Part shown: piece after piece, positions 1-8,499 of the stretch
Position numbering within the stretch: position 1 is the stretch's first letter
Layout: each line of letters opens with the position of its first letter
Assembly (NCBI GenBank): GCA_034678405.1
Contig: JAXDBW010000042.1
Location: 136 to 64,135, forward strand
DNA: 64,000 nt
Reading direction: 5' to 3'
Origin: Patescibacteria group bacterium
GTDB lineage: Bacteria > Patescibacteriota > Patescibacteriia > UBA10025 > JAHIVO01
Notes under the pieces: generated by a model
Seen by the model: only the letters and a program-made list of their open reading frames with translations
Database searches by the model: none
What the model was told of the DNA's origin: nothing
Made by a program: the position numbers and the translations under genes

Positions 1-1125
1 CATGCTGTCTTTGACATCCTTTTTTGCTTCCAGTAGTCCGACGTATGCACTATTGTCTTTCGGCGCTGTGGCGAGATAGACCACGCCGTGCGCGAGGTTT
101 ATCTGGCACTCTGGGTAGCCAATCTTCTGTACTGCCTCGAAGACATCGAGAGCAATTCTGAGTGCCTGAGGATCAGCCATCCCCACATCCTCACTGGCAA
201 AGACGACCATCCGCCGCGCGATAAACTCAGGTGACTCCCCTGCCTCCACCATGCGATTCAGCCAATACAGCGCTCCATCCGGATTACTGCCGCGCATGGA
301 TTTGATAAATGCGGAAATGACATTGTAGTGCTCTTCGCCTTTTTTGTCATACTGGAGAGCTTTGTGCTGGAGTGCGTCTTCGATGGTAGTCTTGTCGAGA
401 TGAACAATCCCCTTCGCATCAGCCTTTGTCGCCTTGGCCGCGATCTCTAGTGCGTTCAGAGCTGTCCGGGCATCACCATTTGCCCCCTCGATCAGTACAT
501 CAAGTGCTTTCGGGGCGATTTTAATATTCTGCTGTCCGAGACCCGTTTCCTTATCAATAAGGGCGCGCTTAATAATCCGGGAGAGTTCTGGCACCCCATG
601 CCGCTGCATCACAAACACCCGCGACCGAGATAGCAGCGGGGCGATCACTTCAAACGATGGATTCTCTGTCGTGGCGCCAATTAATGTAATTGTGCCATTC
701 TCCACATATGGCAGGAAAGCATCCTGCTGGGCTTTGTTCCAGCGGTGGATTTCATCCACAAATAATATCGTGCGCTCATTATGAAACTTCCGACGGTTCT
801 CTGCTTCCTGGGCGACGATGCGCAACTCTTTGATCCCCGACGTGACAGCGCTCAGAGACTCAAATCGCGACTTGGTCATCTGGGCAATGATCCGCGCCAG
901 GGTCGTCTTGCCAGAGCCGGGTGGCCCCCAGAAAATGATAGAAAAAACCTCGTCATTCTCGATCGCCTTACGTAATATTTTGCCTTTGCCGATGATATCC
1001 TCCTGCCCCACGAAGTCATCTAAACTGTCGGGACGAATCCGATCAGCCAGCGGCGCCTCAGTGCGCAGGTCGCGCTCGAGTTTACTGTCGAATAAATCTT
1101 TTTTCTGTTTCTTAGAAGTAGGCAT
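1..1125 (-). CDS. rarA: Replication-associated recombination protein A (RarA/MgsA, AAA+ ATPase). The C-terminus lies beyond the window start.
   Basis: My own translation of the reverse strand from the ATG at 1125 gives MPTSKKQKKDLF...FWGPPGSGKTTLARIIA...LFVDEIHRWNKAQQDAFLPYVENGTITLIGATTENPSFEV, with Walker A and B motifs and sensor residues typical of RarA. The frame stays open to position 1. Confidence 0.85.
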   Translation of the reverse strand, partial: MPTSKKQKKDLFDSKLERDLRTEAPLADRIRPDSLDDFVGQEDIIGKGKILRKAIENDEVFSIIFWGPPGSGKTTLARIIAQMTKSRFESLSAVTSGIKELRIVAQEAENRRKFHNERTILFVDEIHRWNKAQQDAFLPYVENGTITLIGATTENPSFEVIAPLLSRSRVFVMQRHGVPELSRIIKRALIDKETGLGQQNIKIAPKALDVLIEGANGDARTALNALEIAAKATKADAKGIVHLDKTTIEDALQHKALQYDKKGEEHYNVISAFIKSMRGSNPDGALYWLNRMVEAGESPEFIARRMVVFASEDVGMADPQALRIALDVFEAVQKIGYPECQINLAHGVVYLATAPKDNSAYVGLLEAKKDVKDSM

Positions 1126-1696
1126 GTTTCTTTCCTTTTTGCTCGGCAATCATTTCATTATAATGGTCATGACACCGAGCCGCTTCACCCACGCCAAGCT
1201 GGGCTAAAATATTGTGGAGTCGCTGACGGATTGCCGCTGAATCCTTGCCTTGGATTTCAATCTCGATAAACTGCCCTAAGCCCTTAACTGTATCCAGCAC
1301 GATTTCCGCTCGCCCGAGCCGATAGACTGACCGACGCTTGTCGACGACAAATGCCTCGCGGGCTTTAAGCTCCTTGAGAATGGTGCGAATGGTTTTGAGA
1401 TCGCTTACCACAACTTCGTGCTCAGTGGCGGCATACGTCGTCCGAGAAATATGGAGCTCTAGGCGAGTTTGTTTGGACAGTGCATCGTGTCGTACCCGTA
1501 ATATCCGTCCACTTTTTTTTATCATGGGTCGATGATACGGTTCATAGTACCGATCGATCTGATGCTTCTGACCCACATATCGCGCACCAATAGAACGTAG
1601 CTTTCTTTTGATCGGCTCGTGGCTCTTTGCACGTGCTTTGATCTCGACTTCCATATTATGATGCTTTAGGGAAATTACGGTCGACCTGCTCCGCAA
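1112..1696 (-). CDS. CYTH-domain protein (CyaB-like class IV adenylyl cyclase / triphosphatase family)
   Basis: 194 aa. The N-terminal EVEIKARA motif and the alternating acidic/basic beta-strand pattern are typical of CYTH/CyaB. It overlaps the rarA start by 14 nt. Confidence 0.6.
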   Translation of the reverse strand: MRSRSTVISLKHHNMEVEIKARAKSHEPIKRKLRSIGARYVGQKHQIDRYYEPYHRPMIKKSGRILRVRHDALSKQTRLELHISRTTYAATEHEVVVSDLKTIRTILKELKAREAFVVDKRRSVYRLGRAEIVLDTVKGLGQFIEIEIQGKDSAAIRQRLHNILAQLGVGEAARCHDHYNEMIAEQKGKKHAYF

Positions 1697-2444
1697 TCAC
1701 TAGGCCGTGCTGGAGGTATGCTTCGAGCACATCATAGGGGATGTGTTCCTGGGTATAGTATAGCACTACGCTTGCATCAGATATTTCGATCGCAGCGGCA
1801 GTACTGTCGATAGCTTGCTGCATCAGGACAGGATCGAGTAACTGCAGCACCATGCTATCCTGGGTGCCATGCACGTCATAGATTTTCTCAAAATCCCGGC
1901 TCTCCGTATCGATTATGTCCGGCGCGACAAAATACTTTTTGGTCAGTATAATATTTTGCGGTATATGTTTGGAACTAATTTCTACACACCACCCACTAAA
2001 GACTCGTACATTTCCTCTCGTGTTATATTCGGCACCGTGGCCAACAAATCTGTTATATTCCCGCCGCACGCCCGTCACATACTCCCGAGAAAAACCCATC
2101 GCGCTCCCGGGAAATGTCTTCGCGACAATCGGATACACCCACACGCGTCGGCTTTCGATCTGACCATCAACCACTACGTCCATGTCACGCTCCATCATGT
2201 ATTTCTCTGCCTGAAAAAATGATTTTCCAGGATTTGCCCGGAAGCGATCAGCAATATTCCACATGGTATATCCCTGATGCACAGTGAAGGAATGCATCTC
2301 GGCCCAATGCTCAAGCGAAGTGATATCTCGTTTTTTCCTGAACCATCGATTAACTAGCTTTCCTCTGAGCGGAGAAAAATACACAATCATCCCCATTACT
2401 AATATTACGAGGATAGCCGGCAATATATCAGCAGCGTTAATCAT
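1656..2444 (-). CDS. Hypothetical membrane-anchored protein
   Basis: 262 aa ORF with an N-terminal hydrophobic helix (ILPAILVILVMGMIVYF). It sits co-directionally in an operon-like arrangement. Confidence 0.5.
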   Translation of the reverse strand: MINAADILPAILVILVMGMIVYFSPLRGKLVNRWFRKKRDITSLEHWAEMHSFTVHQGYTMWNIADRFRANPGKSFFQAEKYMMERDMDVVVDGQIESRRVWVYPIVAKTFPGSAMGFSREYVTGVRREYNRFVGHGAEYNTRGNVRVFSGWCVEISSKHIPQNIILTKKYFVAPDIIDTESRDFEKIYDVHGTQDSMVLQLLDPVLMQQAIDSTAAAIEISDASVVLYYTQEHIPYDVLEAYLQHGLVIAEQVDRNFPKAS

Positions 2445-2448
2445 AGTG

Positions 2449-3255
2449 CTATTTCAACCACTTAATTCTTTTCAGCAGCGGGCCATACAAATCCTCTTGC
2501 CAGTTGATACTAAACCGCTGGCGCTTGTCTCGTGGCTGGTAGGGACGGCTTGTGAACTGCACCGAGGGGATGTCAGTGATAACGGCAATGGGTGTCTGCT
2601 CGGTCCCCTCCCCGGTCGCGAAGACAGCAGCAGTGGCGAGTGCATCGGCGACATTCGTTGTGGAGACTTTAAACTTCCGGCCATATAAATCCCTCGTCTG
2701 ACGATAGTCATTGAGCGGACGGAACCCATAGTACCCGAGGGCAATCCCCAGCACCCCGCGCCGCATGGGCACCGTGTGGCTGTCAGTGATGATGACGCCA
2801 ACATCTTTAACATGATAGGTCTTGCGGATCCACTGCCATAGTTCTTTAGCAGTTACCTGTGGACGTTTCGGCCAGAGGATATAGTACTCGCCAGCATTCG
2901 ACGCATCGATCCCGGCTGACGGGATGAGGATGTTGTGCTTGATTGTCAGCACCGCATACCCTTTCGGCACGGCATGGCGCGGAAGATAACGGTCGGCCTC
3001 TCGTCGTATCAGTTCATCTTTATGCGGGTACCGCTCTTTTGGCACGCACCGACCCTGGTGGATACTGACTACCTTTGAGGCAATTGCCACTACAGAACGC
3101 TCTGGAACACGCTTCACGGCCCTCTGAAAGGCCTCATAGAGGTCATCCTGAGGCGGGTGCAATAAACGTGTTTTGATGGCTCTGACGCGCATAGAATACC
3201 CGAATTGTACCACTTCTCCCCTGTCCACGAAAGCAGCATTGACAGAACTGACCAT
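2449..3255 (-). CDS. CofE-family protein (F420-0:gamma-glutamyl ligase-like)
   Basis: 268 aa. Matches the CofE pattern VAIASKVVSIHQGR...SAGIDASNAGE...VGVIITDSH...RRGVLGIALG...RDLYGRKFKV...ADALATAAVFATGEG. Confidence 0.75.
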   Translation of the reverse strand: MVSSVNAAFVDRGEVVQFGYSMRVRAIKTRLLHPPQDDLYEAFQRAVKRVPERSVVAIASKVVSIHQGRCVPKERYPHKDELIRREADRYLPRHAVPKGYAVLTIKHNILIPSAGIDASNAGEYYILWPKRPQVTAKELWQWIRKTYHVKDVGVIITDSHTVPMRRGVLGIALGYYGFRPLNDYRQTRDLYGRKFKVSTTNVADALATAAVFATGEGTEQTPIAVITDIPSVQFTSRPYQPRDKRQRFSINWQEDLYGPLLKRIKWLK

Positions 3256-3333
3256 TCGTGGTACATTTCGCCGCTATCCTTTGAAAACTACTATTATTAG
3301 TACGGAAAGCGTGCTAAAATACCCCCTATATAA

Positions 3334-3389
3334 CGGGGAGTGGCGCAGTTTCCGCCAAAGGCGGATCGGCCTCTGGCCGAGGCTAGCGC
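3334..3389 (+). pseudogene. Degenerate 5' fragment of tRNA-Pro. It has the acceptor, D-arm and 5' D-loop, interrupted by palindromic hairpin inserts.
   Basis: CGGGGAGTGGCGCAGTT-[TCCGCCAAAGGCGGA]-[TCGGCCTCTGGCCGAG]-GCTAGCGC mirrors the 5' end of the intact tRNA at 3403 (CGGGGTGTGGCGCAGTTGGCTAGCGC). It lacks the anticodon and T arms. Confidence 0.6.
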
Positions 3390-3402
3390 TACACGTGTAT
3401 AT

Positions 3403-3478
3403 CGGGGTGTGGCGCAGTTGGCTAGCGCGCATCGTTCGGGACGATGAGGTCGCCGGTTCAAGTCCGGCCACCCCGACC
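3403..3478 (+). tRNA. tRNA-Pro (anticodon CGG), CCA encoded
   Basis: Hand-folded cloverleaf. Acceptor CGGGGTG/CACCCCG, D-stem GCGC, anticodon stem CATCG/CGATG with loop TTCGGGA, T-stem GCCGG/CCGGC with loop TTCAAGT, discriminator A plus CCA. Confidence 0.85.
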
Positions 3479-3490
3479 AGTCAATGTATT

Positions 3491-3850
3491 ATGTTTTTTG
3501 TTTACATACTCAATAACTCCGAAGATAATGTCTCTTACGTTGGTGCCACTGGGAAACTTCCACAGACTCGTTTAACTGAGCATAATATTGGCAGCAATAC
3601 TTGGACAAGCACTCACGGACCTTTTACACTAATATATTACGAAAGCTATCACTGCAAAAAAGACGCCTTACATCGAGAGCAGTTTCTAAAATCGGGGCAG
3701 GGGCGCAAACTAGTTACTCTGATTATTGACAATTATGCAGTTTCCGCCAAAGGCGGACCCGCCTCTGGCGGGGGCTACCCGCCCGCTCCGAATGCGGAGC
3801 AGTCGGGCGGGGCGCGCATCGTTCGGGACGGCATACGGTTTCATCCATAG
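3491..3850 (+). CDS. GIY-YIG nuclease family protein (small COG2827/YhbQ-like domain with a C-terminal extension)
   Basis: MFFVYILNNSEDNVSYVGATGKLPQTRLTEHN...GPFTLIYYESYHCKKDALHREQFLKSGQGRK matches the GIY-YIG motif order (YIL, YVG, R..EH, E). The reading frame runs on through the downstream hairpin and tRNA-like sequences to the TAG at 3848. Confidence 0.7.
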   Translation: MFFVYILNNSEDNVSYVGATGKLPQTRLTEHNIGSNTWTSTHGPFTLIYYESYHCKKDALHREQFLKSGQGRKLVTLIIDNYAVSAKGGPASGGGYPPAPNAEQSGGARIVRDGIRFHP

Positions 3851-3891
3851 GATGATCCGCCTTTGGCGGACAAGTCCGGCCACCCCGACCA
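3743..3891 (+). repeat. tRNA-Pro-derived 3' segments with inverted palindromic hairpins
   Basis: Hairpin TCCGCCAAAGGCGGA (3743-3757) and its reverse complement TCCGCCTTTGGCGGA (3856-3870). 3812-3830 duplicates the D-stem and anticodon arm GCGCGCATCGTTCGGGACG. 3871-3891 duplicates the last 21 nt of the tRNA (CAAGTCCGGCCACCCCGACCA). Confidence 0.7.
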
Positions 3892-4142
3892 AAGGCCTTG
3901 AGTTTGTCGAAGAACCAGGTGGATACACACAACTCATGGAACACACTCCATGCGTTCTGTTCATTCGTCTGAATGACAAATCACAAAAACGGCAAACCCT
4001 CAAACAGGAGGAGAATCTTCATTTGAACCTTTCACCTCACTATTTACCGCGTAACGCTCCTTAACTGGTTCCCCATTCCCCTAGAGTGAATGGGATCCTT
4101 CTCAGGACGAGAAAATTGAACCAGCAATATAGGAGATACCAC

Positions 4143-4448
4143 ATGTGTTTCGTGACAAGTAACGGACGGGAGATCCACAATCGGGTCAGGGACTTTTTCC
4201 CTCACAAGCAGCCGGGCACACCGTCGAAGCGTCAGCAGGGCCATCTGCTGAAGAAAGAGAAGCCGCTGGAAGTCTTCCAGGACAACAAATCTATCTTCGG
4301 TCATCTCGTTGGCCGCGACCGCGGCAGCGACAAAATGCTATTCCGGCCTGCCGGCGCCGACGACCCGATCCTCATTGATGGCGATCTGCCCGCCACCAAG
4401 ACCACGAACAAACGTATCACCACTGCTGCTGAGGCAGTGGCCGCGTAA
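4143..4448 (+). CDS. Hypothetical small protein
   Basis: A GGAG lies 8 nt upstream of the ATG at 4143, and a rho-independent terminator follows immediately downstream. Confidence 0.4.
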   Translation: MCFVTSNGREIHNRVRDFFPHKQPGTPSKRQQGHLLKKEKPLEVFQDNKSIFGHLVGRDRGSDKMLFRPAGADDPILIDGDLPATKTTNKRITTAAEAVAA

Positions 4449-4476
4449 TCCACAGACGCGACATAAGTTAAGTATA

Positions 4477-4508
4477 GCCGCCTGGCTTTCCCCGGGCGGC
4501 TCTTTTTT
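4477..4508 (+). terminator. Rho-independent terminator
   Basis: GCCGCC-TGGCTTTCCCCG-GGCGGC hairpin followed by TCTTTTTT. Confidence 0.7.
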
Positions 4509-4608
4509 ATGTCCCGCTAGAAATTATATTTCTAACGGGATAGGATAAAAAAGACCGCCGGACGCCTCGAGAGACGTACGACGGTACATATGGGACTACA
4601 GAGTCTCC

Positions 4609-5967
4609 TCACTCGACCAGGGGAAGATTCGAGGGTAATGCTTCACTGGTGTCGAGATTGAAACGCCGCACGAGAATGTGCTGGGCGGTAGCGAGCTTTT
4701 CTGCATACTCAAAGCAACTGTCGAGCTCATCCGCACTGATAATCTCGCTGAGCGGTTTATTTGCCGGCTCAAAGACCGACGTCCACAGCACATCGCGAAA
4801 CGGCGTCCGTGTATCCATGGCCTGAAACGCACACTTCTGCACGAAACGATACACATCGTCGTTTTCGTATCCGTACCGACCGAGCAACGACTTGACGTTC
4901 TCGGACGCCCAGCAGCCATTGGTCCGATCAATGTTTTGCGCCATCCGAGCAGCGTTGACCTCGAGATTCTCGACTACCCATGTCATTTTGTCGAGCATGT
5001 AGTCAAGCAGGATGGTCGCATCCGGCAGGCAAATCCGCTCAACGCTCGAATGACAGATGTCCCGCTCATCCCAGGTGCGAATTAGCTCCTGACCCATGGC
5101 CGCGTATCCCCGGAGTGCAATCGCCTGGCCGCAAATACGCTCCAGGATGATGGTGTTGCGCTTGTGAGGCATCGCTGATGAGCCCTTCTGCCCCTGCTTG
5201 CGAGGCTCACGATACTCCCCGTAGGCAGTGGTAGCATGGATTCGCATATCAGTCGCAAACTTCTCGAGTATGCCACCGATAATGCTGACGACCGCGAGAA
5301 AATTCGCGATATTATCCCGGAGTGTAATCTGACCATTCGCCGGCCGCACTTCCAGACCCAGAATTGCCAGAACTCGACTCTCGAGATCCGGTGAAATATT
5401 CATCCAGTTGCCCATGGCACCGGAGAATTTCACCCGCTGTACACGAGCGACAGCCGCCCGCAGCAGCTCCCGGGCCGAGATAACCGCATCCAGAAACACG
5501 CAGAACGTGTGAATCAGTACGTCGGGCTCGCCGTCCTGACCATGGGTGGTCCCCATCTTATAGATCCGATACGACTTACCCGCTCGACGGCGCAGTGCTA
5601 CTTCCAGTTTCTCCAGATCATCATCCAGCACATTGCCGACGTCACGCAGGATTAAGCCGAGCGCCGGCTCTTCCGTATCGTAGGACGTCATTTCCTCGTG
5701 CAGGTAGTGCTGGAATTCTGCCGGAATCAGACTGCTGATGTACATCAGGAAAGCCAGCAGATCGTGCTCGATCCGTTTGTCGATTTCATTGATTGCATCA
5801 GCGTTGATGGTAATCTTCTCCGGATATTTCATTAAGACAATATCCGGATACTTCTTCGTCTCCACCTTGGCCCTGATAGCCGCGCGTTCGACGTCATACC
5901 ATCGGCCAAACTTCGCTTCATCAGTCCAGAGACCGGACATGATAATTCGTGAGTAACGTTTCAACAT
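4609..5967 (-). CDS. purB: Adenylosuccinate lyase
   Basis: Fumarate-lyase signature GSSAMPHKRNT, and an N-terminus MLKRYSR like the PurB start MIERYSRPEM. GGAGG lies 7 nt upstream of the ATG at 5967. The ORF could start at 5997 instead. Confidence 0.9.
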   Translation of the reverse strand: MLKRYSRIIMSGLWTDEAKFGRWYDVERAAIRAKVETKKYPDIVLMKYPEKITINADAINEIDKRIEHDLLAFLMYISSLIPAEFQHYLHEEMTSYDTEEPALGLILRDVGNVLDDDLEKLEVALRRRAGKSYRIYKMGTTHGQDGEPDVLIHTFCVFLDAVISARELLRAAVARVQRVKFSGAMGNWMNISPDLESRVLAILGLEVRPANGQITLRDNIANFLAVVSIIGGILEKFATDMRIHATTAYGEYREPRKQGQKGSSAMPHKRNTIILERICGQAIALRGYAAMGQELIRTWDERDICHSSVERICLPDATILLDYMLDKMTWVVENLEVNAARMAQNIDRTNGCWASENVKSLLGRYGYENDDVYRFVQKCAFQAMDTRTPFRDVLWTSVFEPANKPLSEIISADELDSCFEYAEKLATAQHILVRRFNLDTSEALPSNLPLVE

Positions 5968-6128
5968 GTTTTGTTTCCTCCATAAACGATTTGACAAGGT
6001 TCGGTTTCAAATTACCCCACCTTATCACTTCTCCGCACTAGCAGTCAACCACTTGACGACGGGTCGTGGTTACTCGTACAATAATCGCAAAACCCACACA
6101 AACATACATGGTTCCATAGGAGGTACCC

Positions 6129-6596
6129 ATGTTCCTTGCCATAGTAGCATCAGTAATCATCGGGGTAGCGCCAGCAGACAGCGCACTCAGACACGACTGT
6201 ACCCAGAAACAGCTCAGCTATGACACCGTGGTCGCGATCTTTCAGACCCTCGACGGCATCCTTGCGGCCGAGCAGGCATACCAGGACACACATCGTGCAT
6301 ATCTGACGTGTAACGTGATGACCGAGCTGGTCTCTATCGATTCCCTCGAGCGCGCCCTGGAGTGTACCTTCCCGGCGAGCATGATGCATGACACGATGTA
6401 CTGCGTGGCGATTAGGCACCAATGGAATGATCCGGACGCTAACGAAAATCCCTGCCGTGAGTTGATCATCAGCCTCTATAATAGTACATCTCCGACAAAT
6501 CTGCCGATTGCCCGACTCACCTACTGTGCCGACACCGGCCGGCGCGAATACGAATACGTCGAGTACGGTAAATCTGTCCACACCCTACTCGAGTGA
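6129..6596 (+). CDS. Hypothetical secreted protein
   Basis: AGGAGG RBS, a signal-peptide-like N-terminus MFLAIVASVIIGVAPADSA, and a terminator just downstream. Confidence 0.5.
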   Translation: MFLAIVASVIIGVAPADSALRHDCTQKQLSYDTVVAIFQTLDGILAAEQAYQDTHRAYLTCNVMTELVSIDSLERALECTFPASMMHDTMYCVAIRHQWNDPDANENPCRELIISLYNSTSPTNLPIARLTYCADTGRREYEYVEYGKSVHTLLE

Positions 6597-6621
6597 TATG
6601 ACGCCGCTCAATATCACAAGA

Positions 6622-6659
6622 CCCGCCCATTACTATGAGTGCGGCGGGTTTGTTTTTTT
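6622..6659 (+). terminator. Rho-independent terminator
   Basis: CCCGCC...GGCGGG hairpin followed by TTTGTTTTTTT. Confidence 0.65.
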
Positions 6660-6737
6660 CTGTCGACCGGTGTATGCTTACCGGCGAAACATACATCGAA
6701 CATACTTTGTCAAACACTCTAGCCCAGGAAGGTGCAT

Positions 6738-6908
6738 ATGTGTAATCGTTGTTGTGCTGCCGGTGTACTGTCCGACGACCAGTACGAGTGTCATAACTGC
6801 GGCCATATCGGCCGAACTGATCAGGGTAATCCTGGTCACTGTGTCGAATGTGGTCACGACATGCGCGATCCGGTTGATCGCGCACGATCATCCATGGACA
6901 ATGGATGA
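6738..6908 (+). CDS. Small Cys/His-rich zinc-ribbon protein (56 aa). It is absent from the ORF track because it is shorter than 60 aa.
   Basis: AGGAAGG RBS upstream of the ATG. Translation is MCNRCCAAGVLSDDQYECHNCGHIGRTDQGNPGHCVECGHDMRDPVDRARSSMDNG, with three CxxC/CxxCGH pairs. Confidence 0.45.
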   Translation: MCNRCCAAGVLSDDQYECHNCGHIGRTDQGNPGHCVECGHDMRDPVDRARSSMDNG

Positions 6909-6926
6909 GATACGTTCCGACACCAA

Positions 6927-6958
6927 CAAAAAAAGCGGCTCAGTCTCTGAGTCGCTTT
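6927..6958 (-). terminator. Rho-independent terminator downstream of guaA (hairpin is bidirectional)
   Basis: AGCGGCTCAG-TCTC-TGAGTCGCT hairpin. Read on the minus strand it is followed by TTTTTTT. Confidence 0.6.
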
Positions 6959-6966
6959 CCTACTTA

Positions 6967-8499
6967 CTACTCCCACTCGACAGTACCGGGCGGTTTTGAG
7001 GTGATGTCATAGAGCACCCGATTGACCGCGTGTACTTCATTGGTGATGCGCGCTGATATCCGCGCGAGCATGGCATCCGAGAAACGAGTCCAGTCCGCCG
7101 TCATGAAATCAACTGTACTCACTGCCCGCATGATGATCGGATAGCCATAGGTACGGCTATCTCCCTGGACACCCACAGACTTGATGGTTGGTAGTACGGC
7201 GAAGTATTGTTGTGGTCTTTTTTTCAGTGGCAACCGATCAACTTCTTCGCGGACGATCGCATCGGCCTGACGGAGGATGTCGAGTTTGCCTTTGGTAATC
7301 TCACCAATAATTCTGACTGCGAGCCCAGGACCGGGAAACGGCTGCCGCTCCACCACGCTGGCGGGCAATCCCAGGACTCGACCGACGCGTCGGACTTCGT
7401 CTTTGTACAATTCTCGAAATGGTTCAATCAATGTGAAGCCAAACTTCTTCGGCAGACCACCGACATTGTGATGGGATTTAATGACGGCGGCAGTCTTGCC
7501 CACGCTCACCCCGGAGGTAATCGCGTCAGTATAGAGTGTGCCCTGGACGAGCCACTCCACATTTTTGCCAAGCTTCTTCGCTTCCCGCTCGAAGATGCGG
7601 ATGAAGAGCTCGCCAATAATTTTTCGTTTCTGCTCAGGGTCTATGACGCCGTTCAGTTTCCGGAGAAATTCCGCCTCGGCTCGGATAACTTTCAGATTGA
7701 CTTTTTGGTACGAGCGAAATGTTTTCTCCACTTGCTGGACTTCTCCCTGCCGAAGAAGTCCGGTATCGACGAAGATACAGGTTAGTTGCTTGCCGACCGC
7801 CTGATGAACCAGGGTAGCCGCAACTGATGAATCAACGCCACCAGACAAAGCGCACACGACTCGATCCATACCTACTTCCTTTCGGATTGAGGTGATTTTT
7901 TGCTGGACAAATTTCTTCATTGACCAGGACTTTTTTGCCTTGGTAGCTTTTACAAAGTTTTCGAGCATCCGCATCCCAGATTTCGTATGGGACACTTCGG
8001 GATGAAACTGTAAACCATAGATGTGCTTCCGAGTATTGGCAATGGCGACGTGCGGACAGTTATCTGACGAGGCGAGACTGACAAACCCCCGCGGTAGTTT
8101 CGCGACATAGTCACCATGGGACATCCAGGTATGCTGGGTTTTCGTCAGTCCGCTAAACAGCGTGCCTGCCCGCTTAATCCGGATATCAGCTGGACCGTAC
8201 TCCCGCTTCGTTCCCCGGGCGACGCGGCCACCCAGCTGATGGGCCATCAGCTGCAGGCCATAGCAAATCCCCAGCACCGGAATGCCGAGATCATACACCT
8301 GTTTGTTTACTGTGAGTGCTGAGGAGCCGGATAAATTGCGGGGGCCGCCGGACAGGACGATACCCTTGGCCTGCTGTAGTTTTGATAATGGGAAAGTATA
8401 GGGCACCAGTTCTGCATAGACCCCAAGCTCGCGGATCCGCCGCACAATCAAGTGTGAGTATTGCGACCCGAAATCAAGAACGTAGATGGTATCCCTCAT
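6967..8499 (-). CDS. guaA: GMP synthase (glutamine-hydrolysing)
   Basis: 510 aa. N-terminal class-I glutamine amidotransferase domain (IYVLDFGSQYSHLIVRRIRELGVYAELVP) followed by the ATP-pyrophosphatase domain (SGGVDSSV). Confidence 0.95.
   Translation of the reverse strand: MRDTIYVLDFGSQYSHLIVRRIRELGVYAELVPYTFPLSKLQQAKGIVLSGGPRNLSGSSALTVNKQVYDLGIPVLGICYGLQLMAHQLGGRVARGTKREYGPADIRIKRAGTLFSGLTKTQHTWMSHGDYVAKLPRGFVSLASSDNCPHVAIANTRKHIYGLQFHPEVSHTKSGMRMLENFVKATKAKKSWSMKKFVQQKITSIRKEVGMDRVVCALSGGVDSSVAATLVHQAVGKQLTCIFVDTGLLRQGEVQQVEKTFRSYQKVNLKVIRAEAEFLRKLNGVIDPEQKRKIIGELFIRIFEREAKKLGKNVEWLVQGTLYTDAITSGVSVGKTAAVIKSHHNVGGLPKKFGFTLIEPFRELYKDEVRRVGRVLGLPASVVERQPFPGPGLAVRIIGEITKGKLDILRQADAIVREEVDRLPLKKRPQQYFAVLPTIKSVGVQGDSRTYGYPIIMRAVSTVDFMTADWTRFSDAMLARISARITNEVHAVNRVLYDITSKPPGTVEWE

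Noticed and set aside
434-1207. Plus-strand ORFs 434-784, 781-975 and 818-1207
   Set aside because: They lie entirely antisense to the well-supported rarA gene, have no RBS, and their compositions are Ser/Arg-rich, which is typical of antisense frames.
3961-3980. Possible extra copy of the TTGTCAT hairpin repeat (CATTCGTCTGAATGACAA)
   Set aside because: Only the TTGTCAT half-site is present, with no GGATCTC partner, so it is too degenerate to call.
6150-6581. Minus-strand 143-aa ORF overlapping the 6129-6596 gene
   Set aside because: The plus-strand frame has an AGGAGG RBS, a signal peptide and a downstream terminator. The minus frame has none of these.
6508-6999. Plus-strand 163-aa ORF spanning the small zinc-ribbon ORF and the guaA 3' end
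   Set aside because: It runs through two terminator hairpins and antisense into guaA, and it has no RBS.
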